Source: Basidiobolus meristosporus CBS 931.73
Taxonomy: Eukaryota; Fungi; Basidiobolomycota
Length of the DNA: 64,000 nucleotides
Direction of reading: 5' to 3'
Assembly: GCA_002104905.1 (NCBI GenBank)
Contig: MCFE01000389.1
Location: 19,024-83,023, forward strand
Of the stretch, positions 1-13,800 are shown piece after piece (position 1 is the first letter of the stretch; every line of letters starts with the position of its first letter). Under the pieces are notes generated by a model. It did not search any database. It was not told where the DNA came from and saw nothing but the letters and a program-made list of their open reading frames with translations. The translations under genes and the position numbers were made by a program.

Positions 1-2680
1 ATGTTATTATTGCCATATATCAGTGCTCTACAACTATTTTAAGCGGATCCAACCAGTCAGGACATCCATTTGCCTTATATGGAAAGAAACTTGGTGTTAT
101 TGCAATGGTCTCACAGCAAGACTCTGATGGCATTACATTGACCTTATGACAGCCTACCACTGGTTCTGTATAATGCTACCATACCAATTTACTAAATGGT
201 ATTTCCTTTTTCTACTTCCCCTTGTGTGATTCCTATATTCCACTGTAGAATTACCCATCTTTATTTGCTCACCCACTACTACCCAGGGTTTTCCACATAT
301 AGTTTGAATCAAAAAGAACTATTGCCTCCTGCTTATTAGCCTTAACAACACACACACCTGCTGCAATTGACATACTTCTATCACCTCCACTTTGCAGCTT
401 TTTGGTGTGATACTTGCAAGGTTGCCATATACCTTGTACTAGTGGTAACATATACATCTTGCAAACATATGGTTGTTAGCTGCCACTTCCGCAATGAATA
501 CCTCATGAATATCTGCAAAGAACTTCTTTGCATTTAGCCAGTATATTCCTTCTTGCTGCTTGATTCTAGTCCCCCTCAAAGCTGCTCTCTGACTTTTGTT
601 TGTGTGAATTCCATATTGAATGATGTAGAAGTTGGCTTGTCACCATGAGAAATCCAGCACACCTTGATAGAGTTTTCCTAAAAACAATTAGTTCCTTGCT
701 GCACACAACCCAACTTTGCATTAATTACATGATTACCCACACATTGGGGCTTCTTAGCTTGTTAATGCCATTAGCATAAATGTCTCCATGTGCACATTTG
801 TCCTCAATACTTTCCAACTTGTCCTGGCTGTCCTCCATGTGCCAACTCATCACATCTACAACAGACTTGAAGGTAATACTCTTGATGAGATTGAAATATG
901 ATAGTACCTGCCACTTGACTTGTCTTCCTATCTCCCCATACATCCACTCTATAGGAAATTCCCAAAAGGTGAAGCAAGGCCCAGTTTTCTCTACACACCA
1001 AGCAAGATGGAGTAGAGAATAGACAGTAGCAGCAGAGATCTACACATTCAGCTTTATGTGCGTAGTATAGCCACTCAAATCCCATTACACACTCCTCACA
1101 CAACAGCTGTAGATGCGTCAAGTTGGCATTGGTCAACCGCTTCTGGATAAATATTCCTACAATGTTCACAAATGACTCCCAATGCTTTCAATGTACTCTT
1201 GGTAGGAATGGGCTCAGAGCACCACATGAATAAATACATATCCAGTTCATCCAGTGTTTGCATTTGTATTATTGCATATGCATATGACTATTAAGTGGAG
1301 CCCATGAGAAGTACCTAGTGTAGCAGATACTCTGTAAGATCTTGCCAATTCTTTCAAATTTTTCCAATATCTTCAAGGGCTTTTTTAGCTTAAAGTGCCC
1401 CATGTACAATTTGGTCATCAGTACAGGGATATTGATGAGAAGCAAATGCTTTGCTCCCAGTGGAAAGCTTTACGCCAACAGATACCCTCTATCTTAAGTA
1501 TCTCAGGTTTCCAATTGATTCCATATTCTGTCCAATGGCTTATAGCTTGCCAATTTTGCTGCAATTGCATGCTGACTTCTGTTGGTTCTCTCTGTGTAAT
1601 GATGATGTTCTTAGTGCTGGTGCGTAGGTACTAATAATGTGTGTGAGTTATGGGTAAATACCTTGGATCTCACACATTCATCAACAATACTGTCCATTGT
1701 GCCTGGAAAAACCTGCTATCTTGCTGATGGCTAGGGTATCTCCAATGCAGATGATAATATGCGCTTTTACATGGCAGCCATTGACTGTTATCCTGCTGGA
1801 ATGCATACAGAACTCATCCATCAATGGATACAGGTAGCTATCCAGGTTTGATGGTGATTTACACCCAGATACTGGTGAGACTACCACCAGATTATTGCTC
1901 TGAAACCATAAGATGGGTACCAGATTCAGATTGATGAGAATTAGTGGCCACAGGATTTGCTAGTAGAGTACTTTTTTAATGAGAATCCATCAAGTGCCAA
2001 AGCAAAAGCATGGTCATACATACCTTCAGAGTAGCCCTGGCTTCTTAGCTGTTTACAATGATTGCCTTCAAATATATCAGATATGTTTGCGCTTGATTGA
2101 TACTGATTGTGGTACTACAGCTGCAATATTTGTCAGACTCCATCAGCTTCCTCAGATGGTGTATATCTGTGCCACCAAAAAAAAGGTAAAGTCATCTGGT
2201 TCCCAATAAAACCCCACTGCTGACAGCAACAGAGGAAAGGATGGATAGTAGCTTGCTTTGACATTCAGTGCAACAAGCAGGGCTACATCCAAAAAAGGCC
2301 CTGTGGACAGTGTGCTCATTTCAGGTAATAATGCAGACTCCTCAGGCTCTCAGTCAAGTAGGCAAATGAGAACCTGTGCTGAGCCTCAAGCTGACCGTTA
2401 TGCTCAGGCAGACAAGAAGGTAGCAAATGCAGTACCCTCAGGTGAAGACCAGCAGGTGGACATCATAACATCACCACCACCAACATTAGCAAGTATGCTG
2501 TCAGCTTGTACCAGAGCATCAATGAAGTAATTAGGTGCAGTGGTGGATTGGATAGATGCAATGGCCCAGAGAAATCAGAAAATAGTCCAGAAACAGGATG
2601 AGTGGATAATACATGTAGAGCAATCAATATCCCAGGTAGAGAAAGCAGTATCCTTGCTACAAAGAAGGAACTCAAGTAGT
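1..2680 (-). mobile_element. Degenerate CACTA/En-Spm-like (Transposase_21/Tnp2-type) DNA transposon relic; left end runs out of the window
   Basis: Broken frames carry CACTA transposase motifs: KSPSNLDSYLYPLMDEF...AHIIICIGDTLAISKIAGF (1681-1887) and HLQLLCEECVMGFEWLYY/W-FP-E-MYGEIG (725-1169). It is an inverted homologue of 17243-19245. Confidence 0.75.
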
Positions 2681-2988
2681 TCTACAAAAGATTATTGAGA
2701 TGATCCTGCCAAAAGGCCATCACAAAGTTAAAGTCCCATGACTAAGTGGTTTTAATCCTGTCAGGAAACCATCCAGAGACTGTTGAAAAATAATTGCACC
2801 CCAGATTTCACAATAAGCTTGTTCCATCATTCCAGCTGATCATAGTGCCCAATAGTGCCATTGCATACCAGATGGTGCCTGATCATGCCACAGAGTGCCA
2901 GATGGTGCCATACAGTGCCAATTTGGGATCAAAATTGACATGCATATGACCCTAAAATATCAAATTAATAACCAAATATACAGCACTC

Positions 2989-3337
2989 TGTTGAAATAAT
3001 TAGGAGTCCACCTAATTATTAATATATTATGAACTAGCACTTAGTGAAATGATATATTTCAGATTATCAACATGAGAATTAGTTTGTAAGATATTTACTA
3101 ATTATTAGGAATTAGAGAAGTACAGAATTTTAGGAAAATCTGAAACTTGTCCAAATGAGCCGAAACTTGGCACATGTACTCCTGAGACTCCCCTAATAAT
3201 GACCAAATAGTTGCATTTACGTAGTTCTGCAATAAGTATAAATACTGTGTTGCAACTCAATAAAACATCAAGTGAATATCATGTAAATCTTCTAATTCTC
3301 CAATTCACTTCCAATATATCTCTCTAATATTTCAACA
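2989..3337 (+). repeat. 5' LTR of Copia family A element
   Basis: Direct repeat of 5941-6289; one mismatch seen (catgaGaa vs catgaAaa). Confidence 0.95.
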
Positions 3338-5940
3338 GGCTATGAGCCCCGAGCTTGCTTTATCTTAGTTATCCACTTTGCTCTAGTGCTGTGTCTTTAT
3401 TCTGGAGAAAGACTGCCTGGTCTACCTGAAGTTACAAAAGACAGAAAAAGTACTACCGCTGCAAAGAACTGCTAGATGGGATATATTGTTTTGGAGAAAG
3501 AGGCCTTTGCCCTTTAAGAAGACACTAAGCAAAGAAAAAGGTCATATGTCAAGGAGGTCATGTTGGACAGTTTTCAAATTATGAAATCTGCAGAAGGATG
3601 AAGCTTTGAGAAAATGCGTAATCCCAGCAAGGAGTCCAGATCAATAAGGGGCATATTACATGATATATGTATTAGTGCTATGATCCTTATTATCACAACA
3701 TAAAGGAGCTATGTTGATGATCCACATATACCTGGGTTTGCATTAGACTATTTCAGTCAATGAGGTGCCCACATTGCTGCAGTGAATTTACATAAGTCTG
3801 TAGCCACTTGAAATGAAATGATGCGCAAATACTTTGATGCCACCTGCTGCCCTAGTTTGGAGTTGGATATGCAGACAAATATATGGATCAGCTTGCCCAA
3901 ACTCTGAGGATCAAAATGATATATAATACCTATATATTTGGCCGAAGATCAGTGATCTCAGACATGCCAACCTGGGAGTGGTACGCATGATATATCAATG
4001 GTACTATTTCCAGTACCAATGATCCTGAGGCCCTGTGAGACACTTATTAGACGAGCTACATGTCTACATCAAGTATCAGGAACAGTGGGAGGAGATATAT
4101 CCATATATGTTGAAGCATGGAATTTCTACCGCCATCAAGAAAAGTGCTACCGGAGACCTTGACCAAAGTATATGCTTATAGTCTCTGTATACACTAGAGA
4201 ATATGCATGAAGTACTATCAAGGAGTGTACTAGTTGCCCTACGCTAGTACATATATCACATACATACAGTGATGAAGGATCATTTATATTAACATGGATC
4301 AGATGTTAATCATGCTATTATGATCAGATCAAGTTACTTGCAGCTCCCAGCTACGGGCCAAACTGCAATGATGATATCTGCCACCAAGATGCTGAGAGAA
4401 ATGGCTTTTTAAGGAAGCTTATTTGATCAAATTTGATCAAGCCTGTGAAAAGTTATGCCAGATCCAAATGGATGACCGATTTGGTTGAAACATCTCAGAA
4501 TAGATATGTTTTGAAGACAGGAGGTTCCTGAACACTCTGGGAGATCTAACAAACCGTGGATATGCTACCTGCATGGTCCAGATCTAGATCAATAAGGAAA
4601 TTCCAGCAACCAGCATCTTTAAGACCAGATATGGAACAAAAACCTACCGCCAATAAGTTGTCAGTTTCTAAATGGAGTTAGGTGACACCTAAGCAAGATT
4701 TGGACTATCTAGCACACTAGATTTGATCCAGTTATCCTACCACACAAGGATAGTGGAGTATTGTTGCTAAGGAAAGCAGCAAAGCAGTCCAAGAGAACCT
4801 ACGTACTCAGAGGCAACATCACAATTACGGTGAGCAATGAAGTCAACTTACTTACAGTTGGAGCTAGAGAAGTGGTACCAAGGGCCAACCTAAGGGTTAT
4901 AATGGGTCCAGAAGATCATGGACTTGTCTATTTGCACTGTCAACCGAGCTCTATGCTGGAAAATTCTACCAGAAGTAACAGTGACTTATCAGAGCTGTTA
5001 TGGTAGATTTACGCAATTAGAAAGTGCCAGATCAGGTTGTACTGTTTAAAGCGCAACAGTACATATGAGACCATATCTATCCTGTTTAGGATGAAACCTC
5101 TATGAATAGCTGCCAATCAGGCTGTGGTATCTTGTGATACCAAATCAAGCCTATCAAGATGTAAAGGGAAGATCTCAATACTGTAACTGCAATATCAGTC
5201 CAAGAAAGTTATGCCTAGATCAGAAGGATATATATGATCTATCTGAGTCAATTTTAGAAGGCAGGAAGCACCAGAAGATGTAGCTTCAGTGGGAGTACAA
5301 TATCCCAGATCAGGAATGAAGAAAAGCTAAGCTAGATACTATTGAAGGCACTAGTCCGGAAGAGGAAATACTTTGTCAACCGGTGAAGAATAAGGCCACT
5401 ACAATGCTGACCAATTGTTGGTCTCAGCAGATCATATATGGAGTATATGAGGAAAATTACTATCCAGATCCAGTTATGGATATATGGAGGATAGTCTAAG
5501 TGAATTAGACTATAGACCGGAACTGTGGATGATCCAGATCTACTGGAGCAAAGAACACATCCTAACTTCGCCAATTATTGACCAATTTTACTCAAATAAG
5601 AAACAGCAGATAGCCTGAGAACGCAGCTCTCTGATGATACATACTATGCCAGGATTCAATTAGTATATGAAAAGTTTTACTCCGATCAAATGGATGATAC
5701 TCATTCATAGATATTTGTGATGAAATCAGAATTCAGACTCAAAGCAATTTGATCTGAAGTATGTAATTAACAGTATGAACTTATACTTAGTTATTACAGA
5801 TAATATGCAATCCTTAACATATATTGGAGAATACATTAGTCCAATAGGTTAGATGGTTAATTGCAGGTTTAATTTCAACCGCAAGATACACAACACCACA
5901 GCAAGTTCATAAGTATATGAATATATTATGTGAGTGGGAG

Positions 5941-6289
5941 TGTTGAAATAATTAGGAGTCCACCTAATTATTAATATATTATGAACTAGCACTTAGTGAA
6001 ATGATATATTTCAGATTATCAACATGAAAATTAGTTTGTAAGATATTTACTAATTATTAGGAATTAGAGAAGTACAGAATTTTAGGAAAATCTGAAACTT
6101 GTCCAAATGAGCCGAAACTTGGCACATGTACTCCTGAGACTCCCCTAATAATGACCAAATAGTTGCATTTACGTAGTTCTGCAATAAGTATAAATACTGT
6201 GTTGCAACTCAATAAAACATCAAGTGAATATCATGTAAATCTTCTAATTCTCCAATTCACTTCCAATATATCTCTCTAATATTTCAACA
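5941..6289 (+). repeat. 3' LTR of Copia family A element
   Basis: Direct repeat of 2989-3337, preceded by a purine tract. Confidence 0.95.
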
Positions 6290-6329
6290 CACTCTCTACT
6301 ACTATGATCAATGGCACAATGGAACAAGT

Positions 6330-8050
6330 CTAATACCTTAATCTAAATTTTCATCACAACAATGTTGAAGTGGCTTTTGATTGGTTCCCGGCCAATTTGC
6401 TCACTTTCTGATTGCTGATACTCTATTGCCTCCTACATTTGTGTGCATTGATTAGCTTTTGCCTCTTTTTCACACTCCTTACTTCCTGACTCAACTGTTT
6501 CTCTTATTTTTCATGTGTGCAAACAGATTTATTTCTGTTGAAACTTCAGTTGTACCTCAACTGCCAGCTGTAGTGACCTATACAAGTCCCTATGCACTAC
6601 ATTATTACTAAGCCCAACCTCACACTCAACAAATTACTTCATTAAAAGCAACCACTCAATAAGTATTTTGCTGTAGGGCTCTGGTTCCACAACTTTGGTG
6701 GGAGCCCAAGGGCTTTATGCCACTGTTCATTCACTGGTTCCTGCATGTCCTGGTCTTCAGCCAGTACTGCAAGGTTTAGCACCTCATCTGCTAGTGTTTA
6801 CAATAAATCCTTGCAATATTTCAGTGTGCTTTCTTGAGCACTGCTCTTGAAGAAGTGCTGCAACCTCTTGGTGTGCCTATTAATGTTCCAAAATTTCACT
6901 GAAGGCATTGTGGTAGTCTTTTGAGCACATGACATTGTAGCCTTGTCTGTCAGTGGGATATCCACTCTGTCAACAATGGAGGATGTGGAGGCTGTGGTAT
7001 ACAAATTGCCATTTTCAGCATACTCATCTACCTTGCTGGAGTTTAGCTCAACTGGCTGGGCTTCCAACTCTTATGAAAGCAGCTTATTCAGTCAGGTCTG
7101 GGCTTGCGGCATTAATTTGTTAGAACTGCAGTTCTTTTGCATGCCTCCCTGTCTCAGGCTAGGTAGAGATTTTTCACAAGAGTTGGAAGCACAGCCAGTT
7201 GAGCTACACTCCAGCAAGGTAGATGAGTTCACTGAAAAAGGCAATTTGTATACCACAGCCTCTACATCCTCCATTGTTGACAGAGTGGATATCCCACTGA
7301 CAGACAAGGCTACAATGTCATGTGCTCAAAAGACTACCACAATGCCTTCAGTGAAATTTTGGAACATTAATAGGCACACCAAAAGGTTGCAGCACTTCTT
7401 CAAGAGCAGTGCTCAAGAAAGCACACTGAAATATTGCAAGGATTTATTGTAAACACTAGCAGATGAGGTGCTAAACCTTGCAGTACTGGCTGAAGACCAG
7501 GACATGTGGGAACCAGTGAATGAGCAGTAGCATAGAGCCATTAGACTTCTGCAAAGGTTACAGAACCAGTGCATAGAGCAGAAATACTTATTGAGTGATG
7601 GACTTTAATAGAGTTCCTTGTTTAGTGTGGGGTTGGGCTTAATGTAAGTGTAATGTATAGGGACTTATATAGGTCACCACAATGGGCAATTGAGGTACAA
7701 CTGAAGCTTCAATGGAAATAAATCAATTTGTACAGATGAAAACTAAGAGAAACAGTTGAGTCAGGAAGTAAGGAGTGTGTAAAAGAGGCAATAGCCAATC
7801 AATGCACACAAATGTTGGATCCAATAGAGCATCTGGGTTCAGAAAGTGAGCAAGTTGGCTGGGAACCAATCAAAAGCCACTTGTACATTGTTGTGACAAA
7901 TATCTTGACCAAGTTATTGTGAAATCTGGGGTGCAACTATTTTTTAACAGTCTCTAGATGGTGTCCTCATGGGATCAATACCTCTTAGTCACAGGACTTT
8001 AACTTTGTGATGGGTTTTTGACAGGATCATCTCAATAATTTTTCATAGGG
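6330..8050. repeat. Large inverted repeat made of two head-to-head copies of the CACTA-associated repeat (family C)
   Basis: About 6360-7075 is the reverse complement of about 7180-7900. The ORF track shows mirror peptides (6798-7067 minus; the end of 6943-7452 plus). A third diverged copy lies at about 15560-16390, and a terminus-like TTTCATAGGG ends at 8050. Confidence 0.9.
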
Positions 8051-8569
8051 TTATGTGGGCCTTGTCTCTGGATATTATTTCCATACTTCAGAGACTGTAT
8101 GGTGTTCTTCTACTTTTACATCAGGAAATGGCTTAACCCTTGATTATGAAATTAAGCTTCTTTAGCTCCTACCTTGCACAAAAGATACTGCATTCTCAGC
8201 ATGGGATGTTGACTACTCTGCATGCATTATCCACTCATCCTATCTCTAGAATATTCCCTGATTTCTCCAGGCCATTGTATCTATAGCATCAGCCACTCTA
8301 CCTAATTACCTCATTAATACTCTGGTATGAGCTGACAGATACTTGCAAGTACTGGTGGTGGTGATATTGGAATGATCATTTGTTGAATCTCTACTGGAGG
8401 TAATGCATTTAATACATCCTCATCAGACTGAGCATGATTGGCAGTTTGCAGCTCTGCAAAGGTTAATTCACTACTAGTGTGAGAGCCCAAGGAGTCAGTT
8501 TCATTACCTTCTATGGGCATAATGTCAACATTGTTCTTTTGGATGTAGTCTTGCTTGTTGTACAAAATG

Positions 8570-9253
8570 CCATGCAAATTGCTACCTAACTATACTTCTG
8601 CAGAGTTGTGTGGAGGGCTCAGTTGGGAACTAAATACCTTGATTTTATTTTTTGTGGGGACATAAATGAAAGTGAATCAAGCCAATAGGGATATTGTGCT
8701 CTATATACATATGTATGTGGTGAGGTTGTATATATGTCCATGGGAGAGATATGTTCAATATTTCTCAATTGTTTTGTGTACTGGGTGTTCATCAGGTGCA
8801 ATAACCTCTGTCAAATATTTGCTAGAAATTCTTAGGTCTTTTCTCTACTTTAATGTGAAGGGGAATAAAGTCACAAGCTTGTCAGGAGAAAAGTATTGAG
8901 CTACAATGCCCAACTTAATAGGGGTTGTATCAGAAGTATGTGCTCAGCTTAGCATCCTCTGAAACAGCAATATACTAAAGCTCCCAAAGTCAAAGCAACT
9001 ATAGACTCCACCTGCAGAGACTTGATAAGAATGAATCTACAATCAATAGTTACAAGGTGAGAAAAGCATCTTTGCCTGGACAAGAACAAACTTGGATAAG
9101 AATCAAATGTACTCAAAGATATCTACCTTGAGTGTTCCTCACAGGTAGTGACTTCAAGGTAAATTGGCTGTCTGCAAGGTTTCCTAGGAGTGTCCTGTGG
9201 TCTGGGACTGGACATTTAGTTGGCAATAGATAGCAATGATCACACTAATCAAC
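8570..9253 (-). mobile_element. Degenerate dispersed repeat (family D), possibly a Gypsy-like retroelement remnant, interrupted by the Copia at 9254
   Basis: Clear nucleotide similarity to about 25900-26460 and 28880-29200. A matching family D end resumes at about 13810-13910. There is no convincing protein motif, so the class is tentative. Confidence 0.45.
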
Positions 9254-12200
9254 TGTTTTAAGAGTCTTGGAGATATTGGAAGTGATTAGGAGAAAAAGTA
9301 GATTATATGCTTTTCACTTAGTGATTTATTGAGTGTAAAAGTAGCATTTATACTTTTACATGGTCTTAGCACTACAAACATGTAGAATAGGTTACAAAAG
9401 GTCCCAACAAGACATGTACAAAGTTGGGGCTGTTTGGACAACTTTGAGAATCTTCATGTTCTGGCAACCTGGTATTTTGTGAAAATATTTCAAGTAAATC
9501 CCAACAAGGAATTTGGTTAGTATTCCCTAGGATTTGAAGGTAATGATCTAAGTGACCATGTTAGGTGAGTGTTTAGGTGGAATTCCAAATTTTTACAACA
9601 CTCCCACACAGCTAAATGCTCATACTGACTAGTCCCAATCTTGACCTAAGATACTCAAATTTGTCTTTATCTCACGGTCTTGTAAATATGGCTGCAATCA
9701 TTTTATCCAAAGGACAGTAAACTAAGCTGACTAGCCTATTCTCTGTAGCTTCACCTATGGAATGATGCTTAATATCTATGTGCCTATTCCTATCATGAGA
9801 AGCTGGATTTCTACCTAATTGTGTACATCCTTAGTCATCTTGAAATTAAGTAAGAGGCATTTTTGACATAGGCCTAAATCTTTAAAAGGTTTCCTTAACC
9901 ACATTGCTTCTTTTGCAGATTCACGGACTGCCATATACTCTGACTCTATAGTGAAGAGTGCTACAATTGGTTGCTTTCTTGAATTCCATGATATTGCTCC
10001 ATCATAGTAAAGGATGGTGTATCCTGTAATGGATCTTCTGTCTTCTGAATTTTGTACCCAATGAGCATCAGAGTGTCTCACAAGTTGCTGTTCTGAGCTC
10101 TTACAAGTGTATCTTAAGCCAATATCAGCAGCTCCTTCTAGGAATCTTAAAATCTGCTCAACTGCTGCAACATGATCAGATCCATGGTTCTGATTGTGTT
10201 GGCTGACAACTCCTACTGAATATCAGATATTTGGACATGTGCAAGCATGATATACATTAAACTACCAACTTTAGATTGATAAGGAAAGTCAGGACTTTCA
10301 GATGGTACTAAGCTCTCTAAATTTGATTGAGTTTTGACCAAGCTGAGGTTTGTCTCCATTGGGGTAGCTGCCAGGTTACAGTCTTCCATTTGGTACTTCT
10401 TTGGAATATCTTGAATATACCTGGATTGGCTTAGGATGATAGTCTGGGTAATTCTGTCTTTGGAGAACTTTATCCCTAATTAGTAACTGAGTTCTCCTAG
10501 ATTGGACATCTTGAACTCCTTAGATAGGCTGGATTTAGTGTCTTCGGTTATTGCAAGGATATTAGAGGCTATAGTAATGTCATCCACATATAGTGCTAAT
10601 AGAACTGGATTTGCTCTATTTGGCTCATAGTAAGTGCTATAGTCAGCATTGCTGCTTTGAAACTCAAAGATTCCAAATAAAATCTATTTTGCAATTCCAG
10701 GTTCTTGGTGATTGTTTGAGACCACATAGGGATTTTTTAAGCGTACAGACCAAGTGGGGGTTTTCTTAGCCAGCAAACCCATCAGGCTGGTCCATTTACA
10801 TGCCCTCTTCAAGTTCTCCATTCAAAATGCAGTTTCACATCCACTTGATGAATAAGAAATTTGTATTTGGCTGCAATAGCCAATATTGATCTGATGGACT
10901 TAAACTTGGCTAATGGTGCAAAGGTCTCAGTATAGTCCAGTTCTTTTGCTTGAGAGTATCCTTAAGCCACAATTCTTACTTTACATCTTTTGATTCTACC
11001 ATCAGCCTTGTATTTGGTCTGAAAGACCCATCTCCATCCAAATGATTTTTGGTTGATTGGTAATTTGACTAAGTCCCAAGTTTGATTTTCCATTAGGGCC
11101 TGATATTCCTCAGTCATTGCAGATCTCCAAAACTTTGTCTGAAGGCTATTTAGCACTTCTTTACAGTTGGGGGCTCATCAATATGGACTGAATAGGGATG
11201 GGCCAAATCTGTGCTGTCATTGATATAGTTATTTGGGCTTTTTCTTATCCATGTAGATCTCTGGGCATTTGATACTGGAAAGTTCATGGCTGGAATATTC
11301 CTGGACACTGATTCAGGCTGAACTACAGTTTTAGTGTCCTCTGGAGTGAAAATCCTTCATTGTTTTGCTCTGATTCAATCTTGACAATTGGTGTACCTGA
11401 GATCAAATTCTTGTCATCATCTGATGTCATTTTTTGTAAAAATTTTGAACTTTCATCAAACAACACATACCTGGACTTGCTTAGCTACTTTGCTTTGGTA
11501 TTTTAGAGTGTGTATGCTCTACTATCATTGCAGTAGCTCAATTATATGCACATTACACTTTTTAGCTTAAATTTTAACTGATCTCTAGGCTGCTTCAGGG
11601 TATATGCTGTACACCCTAGTATTCTTAGATGTTCTGCACTTAGTCTGTATCCATACTACGCATCAAATGAAGTGTAATCACAAAGTATTCTGCTATAACC
11701 CCTACTTCTAAGGTATACAGCTGTGGCAACTGATTGCACCCAAAAATCACAGGATAATCTTTCATCATGGATCAAAAATCTTGCCATATCAATTATTGAT
11801 CTGTTGGCACATTCTGCAACTCCATTTTGCTGTGGGGAGTATGGCACAGTAGTCTCTTGCTTTATCCAATGAGTTTTGCAGAAGTGGATGAAGAGTTTTA
11901 AGGTATATTCTCCACCATTGTCAGAGCGTATTTTCTTGATTTTTTCACCAGTTTCCCTCTCCACCATTGCTTTAAGCTCCCTGAGCATAGACACAGCTTC
12001 TTCCTTTCTCTTCATGAAGTAGACCAATCTGTATCTTGTATTGTCATCTACAAAAGTGATTAATTACTTCATCCTGCCCATGGATAAATTTTGCATGAGT
12101 CCCCACAGATATGAGTGAACTAATTCTAATTTTTTCTTTGTATTGCTTAGCCAGAGCTCTTGAATGGTTCCCTGCCATGTTTTCTGTATATGCTGGCTTC

Positions 12201-13800
12201 ACAGTACTCCAAATTATCTGGGGATTGGTTCTTGCTCTGGAAATTTGCTAATTTTTCATCCTTTGCATAAATAATCAAAATTGATTTGTCCAAATCTCCT
12301 ATACCCAAGAATTAGTGTTTCTTCTTTTAAATTACTTACATTGGCTTCCACAAGTGAAAAAATATAAGTCAGCTTATACAGATTCTGAGCTCTGAGACCT
12401 GAAGCAATATAAGCGCCATTTTGATCAGTGATCCTGCATCCAGAGTTGTCAATGCTAAAACTGGGTCTTTCTGCCATGGCCTTGCTTACAGATGGTAGGT
12501 ACTTGACTATTTCTGGTACATAGCTTAGTGATTGAAAGGTCAGTTTATAGCTTCCTTCACTGCTACTAAGGTTTAGTTGGAGAGTTCCTTCCCCCACTGC
12601 AACCCATGTTCTATTATCACCCATAAAACCTTGTTAATTAGAATATCTTGATATTGGGTAAAAAGTTGTATTTGCTGTATAAAGTGTTGAGATGCTCCAG
12701 AATCAGTGTATCTCATCTGCAAATCCTTGTTTGTGGTCACATTTAGTGCAGATATGAAAAGTCCGTCATCAGTTGTTGCAGCATTTTGATATTCAGGCTG
12801 CCTTTGGTTATTATCTCTCTTTTTGAGACACAGGTTGGACATGTGTCCTTTCCTTTTGCTATAGCGGCAAAGCAGGTTGTTGCTGTCATTTTAGGGTCTT
12901 AGGTACCTTCTTTGTAGGTTATCATAGCTTATTAAAGCATTTTCTTCTTCCTTTGTATTGGCGCTCAATTTTCATAATTTTTCCTCTAGGAGCCTTCCAC
13001 ATATTGATATAAGCTCAAATCTTCAGTTCTGGACTCTAGTGCCAATACAGAGCCCTGAAGCCTGTCTGTCAGGCTATTCAGAATGGTTGCTATCACATCC
13101 TCATTGGTAGTTGGTACACACACAGATTCCATCTCATCCACCAGCAGGGTAACTTGATTAAACAGATATATTATTTCTTCTCCTGGCTGCATCTTTGTAG
13201 CAAGAAATTTTTGCCTCATATACATTTTCTTAGAAGCCAAGCATGACTAGTAGGTGTCTTCTAATGCCTTCCAGGCATTCTTAGCCATTTTTGCTCTTGA
13301 TCATTAAATTAGCAATCTGTCCTTAATATTAAGGCAAATGCAATTAAAGGCACCTTGTTATTTCTTCTGGTACTTTTAGGCTCCCTCTCCCATGTTCTTA
13401 GGAGAAATTTCTTCTCCCATGACAATATCCCAAAGGCCTCTTTCTTGTAACAGCATCTTCCTCTTCACCTTCCACACTTAGTAGTCAGATCTATCCAACT
13501 TTTCAGCAGAGGGAAAAACCCCAGTTATAGCAGTTGTAGACATTGCTGAGTGACAGCTTGGGGCTCATAGCCTTTTGTAAGAATCTTGGATATATTGCAA
13601 GTGATTGGGAGAACAAGTAGATCTTGTGGCTTTTACTTAATGATTTATTGAATGCAAAAGTAGTACTTGTACTTTTGCATGGTCTTGGTATTATTAGCAT
13701 GTAGAATAAGCTAAGGAAGGTCCCAAGAGCATGTGTGCAAGGTTGAGGGCTGCTTAGACAACTTTGAGAATTTTCATGTTATTGGTAGATGGTTTTTTGG
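9254..13800 (-). mobile_element. Decayed Ty1/Copia retrotransposon (family B, copy 1) with a truncated 5' LTR
   Basis: 3' LTR 9254-9600, PPT, then fragments of RNase H (DRRSITGY...ISWNSRKQ), RT (TWDLVKLP...WVFQTKYKADG), integrase (KIRSDNGGEY...PYSPQQNGVAE), protease and gag. PBS at 13561-13572 and partial LTR 13573-13800. Many stops and frameshifts. Confidence 0.93.

Larger units (their letters stand above)
2989..6289 (+). mobile_element. Non-autonomous Ty1/Copia LTR retrotransposon (family A), full boundaries, 5-bp TSD CACTC
   Basis: 349-bp LTRs (2989-3337 and 5941-6289) with TGTTGAAA...TTTCAACA termini. The PBS GGCTATGAGCCC follows the 5' LTR, the PPT GAGTGGGAG precedes the 3' LTR, and CACTC lies at 2984-2988 and 6290-6294. 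The 2.6-kb interior has no long ORF. Confidence 0.9.
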
